Source: Thermodesulfovibrionales bacterium
GTDB taxonomy: Bacteria; Nitrospirota; Thermodesulfovibrionia; Thermodesulfovibrionales; SM23-35
Assembly: GCA_963715195.1 (NCBI GenBank)
Contig: CAVQRT010000030.1
Location: 160,001-224,000 of the forward strand
DNA: 64,000 nucleotides
Direction: 5' to 3'
Shown here piece by piece: positions 41,447 through 50,841 of this stretch. Numbering within the stretch: the stretch's first letter is position 1; the number at the start of each line of letters is the position of its first letter. The notes beneath the pieces are model-generated. The model saw nothing but the letters and a program-made list of their open reading frames with translations. It did no database searches and was not told the DNA's origin. Both the position numbers and the translations under genes were made by a program.

Positions 41447-41481
41447 AAATTTTTATGAATTGGGCCCTGTTATAAACATAA

Positions 41482-41964
41482 TCATGAAACTTCCCAGATT
41501 GTCACGCTCTGAAATTGTGTGACATGGATGCAGGTGGATATTTCTACGAGGATCAACGCCGTTTTCGGAGAGTCGGTGACTTTTCCCAACCGTGAATGTT
41601 TTTCGGTAAATACCCTGATCAGCCTCTCCCATTGTGTACCCTTTCTGACTGGATGCGCCTTTCCCAAAATTGTAATAGACTCGGCAGACAGGTAGTCATC
41701 AGGGGTATTCTTTCTGGTATCAATGAGGAGGGAAACCCGTTCATTTTTCAGGATATTCGTATACTTCCGCGTTGACCTGGGCGTGATGAATATAAGCCCC
41801 TTTGTATCCGGCGTCAACGCATAGGCAATAAGAGAAGTATATGGCTGTCCGCCGTATTCAGTAGCAAGGACAGCATGAGGCTGGATTTTGTCTAACATGG
41901 AGAGCCGGTCCGGAACGGATACGGTCCCCTTGATCACTTTATCAGGAATGTTGCCGTGTTTCAT
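41482..41964 (-). CDS. Pyridoxamine 5'-phosphate oxidase-like FMN-binding protein
   Basis: AVLAT..GQPYTSL, TPRSTRKY.NI..N.RVSLLID. Confidence 0.85.
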   Translation of the reverse strand: MKHGNIPDKVIKGTVSVPDRLSMLDKIQPHAVLATEYGGQPYTSLIAYALTPDTKGLIFITPRSTRKYTNILKNERVSLLIDTRKNTPDDYLSAESITILGKAHPVRKGTQWERLIRVFTEKHSRLGKVTDSPKTALILVEISTCIHVTQFQSVTIWEVS

Positions 41965-42188
41965 TCTATCCCACCTAATTCATAAGTTAGACGGCAGATA
42001 TTGTATGTGAGCGGATTTTTTTGCCGATAGTCAAATGTCGTATCTTAATAAATGTAGAGGCAAAAGCCTCGAAGGTCTCCCGATCTTTATCGGGAGACTG
42101 AGAATGAGCGAAAATACTGTATCTGCCGGCATATGTAACCTCTATGCACAAAAAAGACGATTTCCTCTTGCCTAATGCGCCTGGTATC

Positions 42189-43532
42189 TTACATTGTCTG
42201 AACAGATGCAATGTATTTTTGCACGTTAAATTTCGATTTACAGCCCTGATAACTCATGTAACGTATCTTCCCAAAGACAGGGCGATCAGCCCAGGCGCGG
42301 TCATGCACACCCCCTATGCTCCATGCTATACCAGCAAACCCATTGGGGTCTCTTCCATCCAGTTCATATTTGTCATTAAGGTAGATTGCCGTTTTTAGAG
42401 CCTGTTCGGGGGTCTGTGCCCATTCAAGAATCTTTTTTGCCCAGTACATTCTCATGTAACCGTGCATCTTGCCCCGTATTGTCATTTCCATCTGTGCAGC
42501 GTTCCAGAGGTCATCATGTGTGCGTGCTTGCTCAAGTTGATCCAACGTGTATAGATATGCTCGCCGGTCCTTTCTGTGAGTATGCAATGTCTTTTTTGCC
42601 CACTCGGGAAACCCCTCAAATGTATCATAATCAGGATTATAAAAACAGAAATTATCAGCAAGCTCCCTGCGGACAATGAGTTCTTCAAGAAAAGACTCCC
42701 TCGAAATTTTGCTCACATGAGACCCGGATACTTCAAGTGCAATCCTCTGGGCAGAAATCTGGCCAAAATGGAGATAAGGGGATAAATTTGACTGTCCGTC
42801 TGCGGTTGGGTCATTTCGCTGTACAGGATAGGACAATAACTTTTTTTCTATAAAATCCCTGAGCAGACGGGAAGCCGCATGCTCTCCTGGTTTTATCCAC
42901 GTAACTTCCGGAATATGCCCGGCTCTGATATTCTTCACACTTTTCACCCAGTCTGTTTGGGGTATTGTAGCTTTCCAGGGGAAAGGGTGTTTTTTGATTT
43001 GGGGAAATGCTTCAAGAAATTCCGGCAGTAACCGGCGAATTTTTGGTCTGAGCGTATATGCACCAAATTCCTGTTTCGGCGAGGACATCCAGCAGGGGAT
43101 GATATTATGCGCATCGACTTCATACACCGGAACATCTAACTTCTTTAGAACAGCATCGGTCCATTGCCTCTTCAGGCGCAACGGATCGAAATCCTTGACC
43201 AGAGCAGATATTTTGTGATTCATGACAAGTTTGGGGATCTCCTCCTCCGGTGAACCGGTGAGAAGGAAAAACGGGATATTTTTTCCCAGAAGATTCCTCT
43301 CAACTTCCCGAAGTCCCTGCAGCATAAAACGATACTGCCGTGTTGTCGCTCCGAGAAAGTCCTGCACGAGCACGAAAATAACGCAAAAGGGTGCCCCCTG
43401 TTTCATCGCCAAGTGCTGACCGAATAAGAGTGCCCAGTTATCCCGTACTCGCTGGTCACGGCTCATCCACAGGGCAACAGGACCATTTTTAACGGTGCCG
43501 CTTTTCAATGTTCTGACTCGTTTGCTATTCAT
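42189..43532 (-). CDS. phrB: Class II CPD DNA photolyase
   Basis: WMSRDQR..DNWAL, VDAHNIIPCW, LSPYLHFGQ, GKMHGYMRMYWAKKILEW, DGRDPNG; ATG at 43532. Confidence 0.92.
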   Translation of the reverse strand: MNSKRVRTLKSGTVKNGPVALWMSRDQRVRDNWALLFGQHLAMKQGAPFCVIFVLVQDFLGATTRQYRFMLQGLREVERNLLGKNIPFFLLTGSPEEEIPKLVMNHKISALVKDFDPLRLKRQWTDAVLKKLDVPVYEVDAHNIIPCWMSSPKQEFGAYTLRPKIRRLLPEFLEAFPQIKKHPFPWKATIPQTDWVKSVKNIRAGHIPEVTWIKPGEHAASRLLRDFIEKKLLSYPVQRNDPTADGQSNLSPYLHFGQISAQRIALEVSGSHVSKISRESFLEELIVRRELADNFCFYNPDYDTFEGFPEWAKKTLHTHRKDRRAYLYTLDQLEQARTHDDLWNAAQMEMTIRGKMHGYMRMYWAKKILEWAQTPEQALKTAIYLNDKYELDGRDPNGFAGIAWSIGGVHDRAWADRPVFGKIRYMSYQGCKSKFNVQKYIASVQTM

Positions 43533-43614
43533 GTCAACGTATTTTTTATGAAAAAAGTAAGGATCCATTACTATACTATACAGCAACGTTTTTATCTTGT
43601 GAGGAGAAAGAGAA

Positions 43615-43773
43615 ATGTGTGCTAATGGCCGTCCAAATGCAAAGGATGTCTTGGAAAATATGAAAAGCCGGATGCCTCTTGGTCGGAAGATCCGGCTCAT
43701 TCTAAAAAATTCCGCAACCAAACTGAGGAAACTGCAGAGCTGCTGCGGAAACAAGGGGGAACCCGGCTGCTGA
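43615..43773 (+). CDS. Small 52-aa basic protein ending CCGNKGEPGC (absent from the ORF track)
   Basis: GAGGAG SD; MCANGRPNAKDVLENMKSRMPLGRKIRLILKNSATKLRKLQSCCGNKGEPGC followed by TGA. Confidence 0.7.
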   Translation: MCANGRPNAKDVLENMKSRMPLGRKIRLILKNSATKLRKLQSCCGNKGEPGC

Positions 43774-43912
43774 ATGAAATAACTCTCGCACCAGCCGGTG
43801 CATTGAAAAAATACATAAGAACGAGTAATATTAATCTCTAAACATCAGAGGGGAAAGCAGCAAGAATTCCTGTCTGCGGAAGAATACATAAGGGGCATTG
43901 CCGGACAATCGT

Positions 43913-44983
43913 ATGCATAACGTCGAAAAATTGCGGAAAGAGATCGACAAAATTGACGATGAAATCCTCAACCTCCTGAACAAGCGTTCAAATATTGTTC
44001 TTGAAATAGCCCATGTAAAAAGGAATGAAAATGCAAAATTCTATTCCCCTGAGCGTGAAAGGCAGATCTTAGAACGCCTTACAGACCTCAATCAGGGGCC
44101 TTTTCCCAATGAAACGCTGAAAGTTATTTACCGGGAAATCCTGTCCGCTTCCCTTTCCCTTGAGGAACCACTGAAGGTCGCATGTTTAGGTCCCCTTGCC
44201 ACATTCACTCATCTTGCGGCGCTGCGGCATTTTGGTTCATCAGCCCAGTTTATGCCTGTTGAGAGCATAAAGGACGTCTTCGATGTTGTTGAAACTGCGA
44301 AGGCTGATTTCGGTGTTGTACCGATCGAAAACTCAAACGAAGGTGTGATCAGTTATACGCTTGATATGTTTATTGATTCTGAGCTCAGGGTCTCTGCCGA
44401 GGTGATGCTCGAAATAACCCATAACCTCCTCTCACTGAGCGGGGATAAATCAAAGATCAAAAAGGTGTATTCTTTTTCACCGGCGACGGCTCAATGCAGG
44501 CGGTGGATTCAGCAGAACCTTGCAGGAATTCCCATTGTTGAGGCGACAAGCACAGCCAGGGCTGCAGAGCGTGCCTCAGCGGATCCTGAAGCCGCTGCAA
44601 TTGCAAGTGATCTTGCTGCTGAAATCTATAATCTGCAGTTTATAGAGAAGAATATTGAGGACAGCAGACAAAATTATACACGGTTTCTCGTTATTTCGAA
44701 AGAATTTCCTCAACAGTCCGGACATGACAAGACCTCGATCATGTTTACACTGAAAAATAAACCCGGGAGCCTTTATAAAACCCTTGAGCCGTTCAAAAAA
44801 GCGGACATTAATCTGACGAAAATCGAATCGAGGCCGTCGAAAAGAAAGGCGTGGGAATATATATTTTTTGCAGACATGGAAGGCCACATAGAAAATAAAA
44901 AATTGAGAAAGGCAATTGATGCGGTAAAAGACAACTGTCTCTTCCTCAAAATTCTCGGCTCTTATCCTTACGGAGGATTGTAA
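43913..44983 (+). CDS. pheA: Chorismate mutase / prephenate dehydratase
   Basis: LRKEIDKID CM domain, VVPIENSNEG, NYTRF, NLTKIESRP ACT domain. Confidence 0.95.
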   Translation: MHNVEKLRKEIDKIDDEILNLLNKRSNIVLEIAHVKRNENAKFYSPERERQILERLTDLNQGPFPNETLKVIYREILSASLSLEEPLKVACLGPLATFTHLAALRHFGSSAQFMPVESIKDVFDVVETAKADFGVVPIENSNEGVISYTLDMFIDSELRVSAEVMLEITHNLLSLSGDKSKIKKVYSFSPATAQCRRWIQQNLAGIPIVEATSTARAAERASADPEAAAIASDLAAEIYNLQFIEKNIEDSRQNYTRFLVISKEFPQQSGHDKTSIMFTLKNKPGSLYKTLEPFKKADINLTKIESRPSKRKAWEYIFFADMEGHIENKKLRKAIDAVKDNCLFLKILGSYPYGGL

Positions 44984-46074
44984 TGATCAAACCACCTCGC
45001 TACGTGTCAACCATCAAACCTTATGTTCCCGGAAAACCGGTGGAAGAGCTTGAACGTGAACTGGGAATCACAGATTCTGTCAAGCTTGCGTCGAATGAAA
45101 ATCCCCTTGGTCCTTCTTTATTCGTCCTGAAGGAAATCATAAATGATCTTGCCAATACGGGAAGCTCGGTCAGTTTGAACCGGTACCCTGACGGAAACGG
45201 TTACTATTTGAAACAGGTATTATCCCAAAAACTGGCTGTTTCCGAGGATGAGATAATCCTCGGAAACGGTTCAAACGAAATCATAGATATCGCGGTACGG
45301 ACATTCCTTCAACCGGGAGATGATGCTGTTATGGCTCATCCGTCGTTTGTTGTTTATCCCATGTCGACGCAGGCACAGGGAGCCAACGCGATACAGATAC
45401 CGTTAACAAATCATACTCACGATCTCGAGGCGATGGCTGATGCAGTAACCCCGGGCACAAAGATTGTTTTTGTAGCAAACCCGAATAATCCGACCGGAAC
45501 GATGAATAAGAAGCCGGAATTCGACAAGCTCATGAAAAGGATTCCTGAAGGGGTATTGGTCATCGTTGATGAGGCCTACTGTGAATATGTCACCGGCCCT
45601 GATTATCCCGACAGCATGCGATATCTCAGAGAGGGGAGAGAGATATTGATACTCAGAACGTTCTCAAAGATTTATGGACTCGCAGGGCTCAGAATCGGGT
45701 ATGGGATCGGAGGGAAAGATATCATCGCCGAGATGAATAAACTCAGGCCTCCCTTTAATACCAGTTCTCTGGCACAGAAGGCGGCTCTCTGGGCATTACA
45801 AGATGAGGATCATCTCCTGAGGACAAGGGAAATCAATGATCAGGGCAAAAAATATCTCTATAGAGAACTTGATTCCATCGGGATGAAATATGTGCCTACA
45901 GAAGCGAACTTTATTTATATTCCCTTAAAACAGAATGCGCAAACCCTTTACGCCTCATTGCTCGAACGGGGCGTGATCGTCAGGCCCGTGGGGCAGCATG
46001 AGATAAGGGTTACCATCGGCTTACCGGAAGAAAATAGAAGATTTATTGATGCCTTGAAAACGGTCATGGGTTAG
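44983..46074 (+). CDS. hisC: Histidinol-phosphate aminotransferase
   Basis: KLASNENP, GNGSNE, NPNNPTG, DEAY, RTFSKIYGLAGLRIGY. Confidence 0.95.
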   Translation: MIKPPRYVSTIKPYVPGKPVEELERELGITDSVKLASNENPLGPSLFVLKEIINDLANTGSSVSLNRYPDGNGYYLKQVLSQKLAVSEDEIILGNGSNEIIDIAVRTFLQPGDDAVMAHPSFVVYPMSTQAQGANAIQIPLTNHTHDLEAMADAVTPGTKIVFVANPNNPTGTMNKKPEFDKLMKRIPEGVLVIVDEAYCEYVTGPDYPDSMRYLREGREILILRTFSKIYGLAGLRIGYGIGGKDIIAEMNKLRPPFNTSSLAQKAALWALQDEDHLLRTREINDQGKKYLYRELDSIGMKYVPTEANFIYIPLKQNAQTLYASLLERGVIVRPVGQHEIRVTIGLPEENRRFIDALKTVMG

Positions 46075-46139
46075 CGGTCTTTCGGATCAAAGCATTTCGA
46101 ATAGTAACAAAAACCATTGACCAGTGAACGGAGGATAAC

Positions 46140-47165
46140 ATGGATATTATTGTCTTAAGTCCGGGTGCAACTGCAAAAGATTTGAAACATCTTGTCAAGA
46201 AGCTTGAGGGGCGGGGTCTTCGGGTCAATATCTCGAAGGGGACCGAGAGAACAATCATTGGGGTTATCGGGGATACCTCAAAAATCACCGAAGACGAAGA
46301 AAATGCCATACGGGTGATGCCTGGTGTTGAAGATGTGATGAGAATCCTGAAGCCATTTAAGCTTGCGAGCAGGGAATTCAAGGGAAAAGACACAACAATC
46401 AACGTTAAAGGCAGGCTTATCGGCGGTAAAAAAATACAGGTCATTGCCGGGCCATGCGCCGTGGAAAATAGGACTGTTCTTATGGCCATCGCAAAGAAAG
46501 TCAAGGAAGCAGGGGCGGGATTTATCCGAGGGGGTGCCTTTAAACCGAGAACCTCTCCCTATTCCTTTCAGGGTCTCGGGGAGGAGGGACTGAAATATCT
46601 GGCAGATGCACGGACAAAGACAGGACTTCCCGTTGTTACCGAGATTATGGACCCCAGAGACATGGAGATTCTTGCCCAGTACGCAGATATTATACAAATT
46701 GGAACGAGAAATATGCAGAATTTCAGGCTACTTCTTGAAGTCGGCCTCTCCCTGAAACCAATCTTGTTAAAACGGGGTCTGTCAGCGACGATAAAAGAAT
46801 GGCTTATGGCAGCAGAGTACATCATGTCCAGAGGCAATCAGAACGTAATCCTTTGTGAACGGGGGATACGAACCTTTGAAACTGCAACGCGGAATACACT
46901 TGATTTAAGCTCAGTCCCTGTTCTCAAAAAGCTTACCCATCTCCCTGTTTTTGTTGATCCGAGTCACGGAGTGGGGAAATGGGACCTTGTCGCTCCAATG
47001 GCAAAAGCAGCCGTGGCAGCAGGCGCAGACGGGCTCATCATCGAGGTTCATACAAACCCTGAAGAAGCCTTGTCTGACGGCGAGCAGTCATTACGGCCAC
47101 ATGACTTTAAGAAACTGATGAAAGAGTTGAAACCTATTGCTTTGGCAGTGGGGAGAGATATATAG
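46140..47165 (+). CDS. aroF: DAHP synthase (type I-beta)
   Basis: [40 protein letters not shown]. Confidence 0.95.
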   Translation: MDIIVLSPGATAKDLKHLVKKLEGRGLRVNISKGTERTIIGVIGDTSKITEDEENAIRVMPGVEDVMRILKPFKLASREFKGKDTTINVKGRLIGGKKIQVIAGPCAVENRTVLMAIAKKVKEAGAGFIRGGAFKPRTSPYSFQGLGEEGLKYLADARTKTGLPVVTEIMDPRDMEILAQYADIIQIGTRNMQNFRLLLEVGLSLKPILLKRGLSATIKEWLMAAEYIMSRGNQNVILCERGIRTFETATRNTLDLSSVPVLKKLTHLPVFVDPSHGVGKWDLVAPMAKAAVAAGADGLIIEVHTNPEEALSDGEQSLRPHDFKKLMKELKPIALAVGRDI

Positions 47166-48020
47166 GTGTATTTTCAGAATGTAACGATACTCGGTGTCGG
47201 GCTCATTGGGGCATCCCTTGCTCTCGCACTCAAACAATACGGACTCTCCAAAACTGTCGTTGGGTACGGCAGAACACAGGGGAATCTAATCCGGGCACAA
47301 GAGCAGGGGATTATCGATTCTTTTGAATCGGATCCGGCAAAAGCCTGTAATAATGCTGATCTCATCATTTTCGCGACCCCGGTCGGGGTCTTTATCGATA
47401 TCGCTAAAAGGATATCTCCGGTCTTGCAACAGAATGCAATCGTTATCGATGTCGGCAGTGTCAAAGGAGGCCTTGTGCGGGATATGGAGAGATTACTTTC
47501 ACCCCGTGGTTTTTTCGTCGGAGGACACCCGATTGCAGGGAGTGACCGCTCAGGAATTGATGCCGCGTCAGCGCAACTTTTTGAGCAAGCCAGGTGCATT
47601 CTCACACCAACGCATGATACTGACAGAGATGCTCTTGAGAAGATTATCGCCATGTGGCGCACCGTCGGATCACTGGTAACACTGATGGAACCCGAAGAAC
47701 ATGATCGGATCTATGCTGCCGTGAGCCATTTGCCTCACCTCCTGGCATACGAACTTGTCAATACGGTTGAGGACATAAACAGCTCCTATCTCACATTCTC
47801 CGGACAGGGTTTTAAGGATACAACACGGATAGCATCAAGCCAGCCGGAACTCTGGCGGGATATCTGCAGGCACAATCGGGAGAATCTCCTTGCATATTTA
47901 GAGGCGTATAAAAAAAACCTCGACCGAGTGAGTCATTATCTCAGGGATGATGACAGTGAAGCCCTTCTCTTGGATTTCCACAGAGCACGGACACTGAGGG
48001 AGAGCATTGGACAGGATTGA
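47166..48020 (+). CDS. tyrA: Prephenate dehydrogenase
   Basis: GVGLIGAS, DVGSVK, GGHPIAG, HD...A.VSHLPH, TRIA. Confidence 0.93.
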   Translation: MYFQNVTILGVGLIGASLALALKQYGLSKTVVGYGRTQGNLIRAQEQGIIDSFESDPAKACNNADLIIFATPVGVFIDIAKRISPVLQQNAIVIDVGSVKGGLVRDMERLLSPRGFFVGGHPIAGSDRSGIDAASAQLFEQARCILTPTHDTDRDALEKIIAMWRTVGSLVTLMEPEEHDRIYAAVSHLPHLLAYELVNTVEDINSSYLTFSGQGFKDTTRIASSQPELWRDICRHNRENLLAYLEAYKKNLDRVSHYLRDDDSEALLLDFHRARTLRESIGQD

Positions 48021-49296
48021 ACTGCATAAGGCAGGGCATTTTAAAGGAGAGTTTTCTCCGACTCCTGATAAATCAATATCCCACAGGGCGATACTGTTCG
48101 CTTCACTGGCGAAGGGGAGAAGCGTTCTCAGAAATTTTCTCAGGGCCGAAGATCCGTTAAGCACCTTGCATGCGTGCAGGGCTCTTGGAGCAGATATTGA
48201 TGACAGCGGGGAAGATATCATTGTACAGGGCAAGGGTATTCATGGCCTCGTGGAGCCATCTGATGTAATCGACTGCGGCAACTCCGGAACAACGATGAGG
48301 CTTCTTGCGGGCGTACTTTCGGGCAACCCGTTTTTTTCGGTACTTACCGGGGATGCATCGCTGAGAAAGAGACCTATGGCAAGAGTCATAGAACCATTAA
48401 GCCTTATGGGAGCGGACATTCTTGCACGTGCAGAAGGTACATATCCGCCTCTTGCGATAAAAGGAGGCTCCCTGCAGGGTATCGCCTATTCCATGCCGGT
48501 TGCGAGCGCACAGGTAAAATCAGCCCTTATCCTTGCAGGTCTTTACGCATCCGGAGACACCTGCGTTGCTGAGCCGGTTAAATCAAGAGATCATACCGAA
48601 CGAATGTTGCCGGCATTCGGACCAGATATTGCTGTAAATGGCCTCAGCGTGACTATAAAAGGCGGCACAGAATTACGGGGTGCCGAGATCGCTGTGCCGG
48701 GCGATTTTTCATCAGCTGCTTTTTTCATTGTTGGCGCTTTATTGATTAGGAATGCTGATATAACCATAACGGGAGTCGGAATAAATCCGACGAGGACCGG
48801 ACTTCTTGGTGTTCTCAGGGAGATGGGTGCTGCTATAGAGATATCTCATGTCCGGGAAGTATCTGGTGAACCGGTTGCGGATATCCATTGCAGGGGAGGT
48901 GCAGCGCTGAAGGCGATAGCCATAACGAGAGAACTAATTCCCGCACTGATTGATGAATTTCCGGTGCTTTGTGTGGCTGCCACACAGGCTGCCGGAGTTA
49001 CGACGATCAGCGGTGCGGAAGAACTGAGGGTAAAGGAGTCCGACAGAATCAGGAGCATGGCAACAGAACTTAGGAAGATGGGAGCAGAAGTAGATGAATT
49101 TCAGGATGGTCTAAGCATCAGAGGCGGGAGTCTTCTGAGGGGTTCTGCAATCGAGAGTCACGGAGATCACAGAATCGCCATGGCAATGGCTGTGGCAGGT
49201 CTCATTGCAGAGGGGACAACAACGGTACATGGTATAGGTTCCGTGAATATATCATTCCCCGGATTTTTTCAGCTTTTGAGGAAATTGATATCATGA
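48007..49296 (+). CDS. aroA: EPSP synthase
   Basis: DKSISHRA, DCGNSGTTMRL, SAQVKSA, RDHTE, KESDRI, DHRIAM. Confidence 0.96.
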   Translation: MDRIELHKAGHFKGEFSPTPDKSISHRAILFASLAKGRSVLRNFLRAEDPLSTLHACRALGADIDDSGEDIIVQGKGIHGLVEPSDVIDCGNSGTTMRLLAGVLSGNPFFSVLTGDASLRKRPMARVIEPLSLMGADILARAEGTYPPLAIKGGSLQGIAYSMPVASAQVKSALILAGLYASGDTCVAEPVKSRDHTERMLPAFGPDIAVNGLSVTIKGGTELRGAEIAVPGDFSSAAFFIVGALLIRNADITITGVGINPTRTGLLGVLREMGAAIEISHVREVSGEPVADIHCRGGAALKAIAITRELIPALIDEFPVLCVAATQAAGVTTISGAEELRVKESDRIRSMATELRKMGAEVDEFQDGLSIRGGSLLRGSAIESHGDHRIAMAMAVAGLIAEGTTTVHGIGSVNISFPGFFQLLRKLIS

Positions 49297-49949
49297 GACA
49301 GGTTATTGCTATTGACGGCCCTTCCGGCTCCGGGAAAACAACGATCGCAAAGCTTCTCGCACAGGAGATTGGATATGGGTATCTTGATACCGGTGCACTC
49401 TACAGAGCCGTCGCTTTTTCTTTGAGAAAACATGCGATTGAGCCTCATGACAGTGATGACAGGCTCATGGATGTTCTGTGCAATACCTTTGTTTTGTTCA
49501 AAAACGGGAGGGTGTTTCTGAACGATCACGATGTGACGGATGATATCAGATCAAAGGATATTGACCACTTCTCTTCGGTGTTTTCAGCGCGGAAAGTTGT
49601 GCGGGACTTCCTCCTTGATTTCCAGAGGAATGCCCTGTTGCATGATAACCTTGTCATTGAAGGCAGGGATACGACCACCGTCGTGTTCCCTGATGCAAGA
49701 AAGAAAATTTTTCTGGATGCATCTGTGGAAGAGCGCGCCAGGAGGCGGTATCTTCAGTACAAGGGCAAGGGAATCGATATGAGCATGGAAGAGGCAATGG
49801 ACAGCATCATAGAAAGGGACAAACGGGATGCCTCCCGGGACATAGCTCCTCTGGTGAAAGCACCCGATGCCCTTCTGATCGATTCATCGAACCTCACGAT
49901 AGAAGCAGTAAAAGACAGAATCCTTGATTTCGTCAGAAAAGATCCTTAG
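49293..49949 (+). CDS. cmk: Cytidylate kinase
   Basis: IAIDGPSGSGK, LDTGALYR, EGRD, RDKRD. Confidence 0.95.
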   Translation: MRQVIAIDGPSGSGKTTIAKLLAQEIGYGYLDTGALYRAVAFSLRKHAIEPHDSDDRLMDVLCNTFVLFKNGRVFLNDHDVTDDIRSKDIDHFSSVFSARKVVRDFLLDFQRNALLHDNLVIEGRDTTTVVFPDARKKIFLDASVEERARRRYLQYKGKGIDMSMEEAMDSIIERDKRDASRDIAPLVKAPDALLIDSSNLTIEAVKDRILDFVRKDP

Positions 49950-49997
49950 GTCTGCTGATCTGAGTATTACGGGTATTTGTTGCTGCAGGGGATACAG

Positions 49998-50834
49998 GTG
50001 GAGATAATCATTGCAAAGACAGCCGGATTTTGTTTCGGCGTAAAGAGGGCTATCAACATAGCCTTCAAGATAGCCAAGGAAAAGCGGAAAGGGGTATTCA
50101 CACTCGGTCCGATTATTCACAACCCCCAGGTTGTGGAGAAGCTTATTGGGAAAGGGATTGTCCCCATTTACGACATAAGGGGAAGAAAAAATATCAGGGC
50201 ACTCATCGTAAGAACTCATGGGATACCTCTGGATGTCTCGCGGAAGCTTGACAGCATGGGGTGTGAAATTATTGATGCAACATGTCCGTTTGTAAAAAAG
50301 GCTCAGTATTATGCTAAACTCCTAAGTGAAGAAGGGTATCAGGTAGTCATTCTGGGAGAGAAAAACCATCCAGAGGTAAAAAGTCTTATGAGTTATGCCA
50401 GCAAGAACGCAATCGTGGTGAACGCTCAATCGCCTCTCCCCCGTCTAAAAAGCAGGGTTGGTATTGTTGTACAGACTACACAGCCCCTTGAGGCTTTGAA
50501 AAAGGTTATCTCTGAAGCCACCGAACACGCGAAGGAGATAAAAATATATAATACGATATGTAATTCAACCGCCCAGAGATTAAAGGAAACTGCATACGTG
50601 GCCGCAGGGGTTGATGTAATGTTTGTCGTCGGCGGAAAAAATAGCGCCAATACAACTCAGCTCACAAAGCTCTGTGAGTGTCTGTCTGTACCGACATATC
50701 ATATAGAAACCGCTTCTGAGATAAACAAGATACGGATCAAGAAAGCAAAAAAGGTCGGTATTACTGCCGGGGCGTCAACGCCCGCATGGATTATCAGAGA
50801 TGTTGAAAATAGAATCAGAGATATAGGAGGATAA
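49998..50834 (+). CDS. ispH: 4-hydroxy-3-methylbut-2-enyl diphosphate reductase
   Basis: AGFCFGVKRA, IIHNP, DATCPFV, HPEV, TICNST, SANT, TAGASTP. Confidence 0.95.
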   Translation: MEIIIAKTAGFCFGVKRAINIAFKIAKEKRKGVFTLGPIIHNPQVVEKLIGKGIVPIYDIRGRKNIRALIVRTHGIPLDVSRKLDSMGCEIIDATCPFVKKAQYYAKLLSEEGYQVVILGEKNHPEVKSLMSYASKNAIVVNAQSPLPRLKSRVGIVVQTTQPLEALKKVISEATEHAKEIKIYNTICNSTAQRLKETAYVAAGVDVMFVVGGKNSANTTQLTKLCECLSVPTYHIETASEINKIRIKKAKKVGITAGASTPAWIIRDVENRIRDIGG

Positions 50835-50841
50835 TGGTTGC

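Noticed and set aside
43533..43754. N-terminal extension of the photolyase ORF to 43754
   Set aside because: Photolyase similarity starts at MNSKRVR (43532). The extension is antisense to an SD-led small gene.
43840..43885. SRP-RNA-like GGAAAGCAGC motif upstream of pheA
   Set aside because: The flanking helix and the conserved internal-loop sequence of 4.5S RNA are missing.
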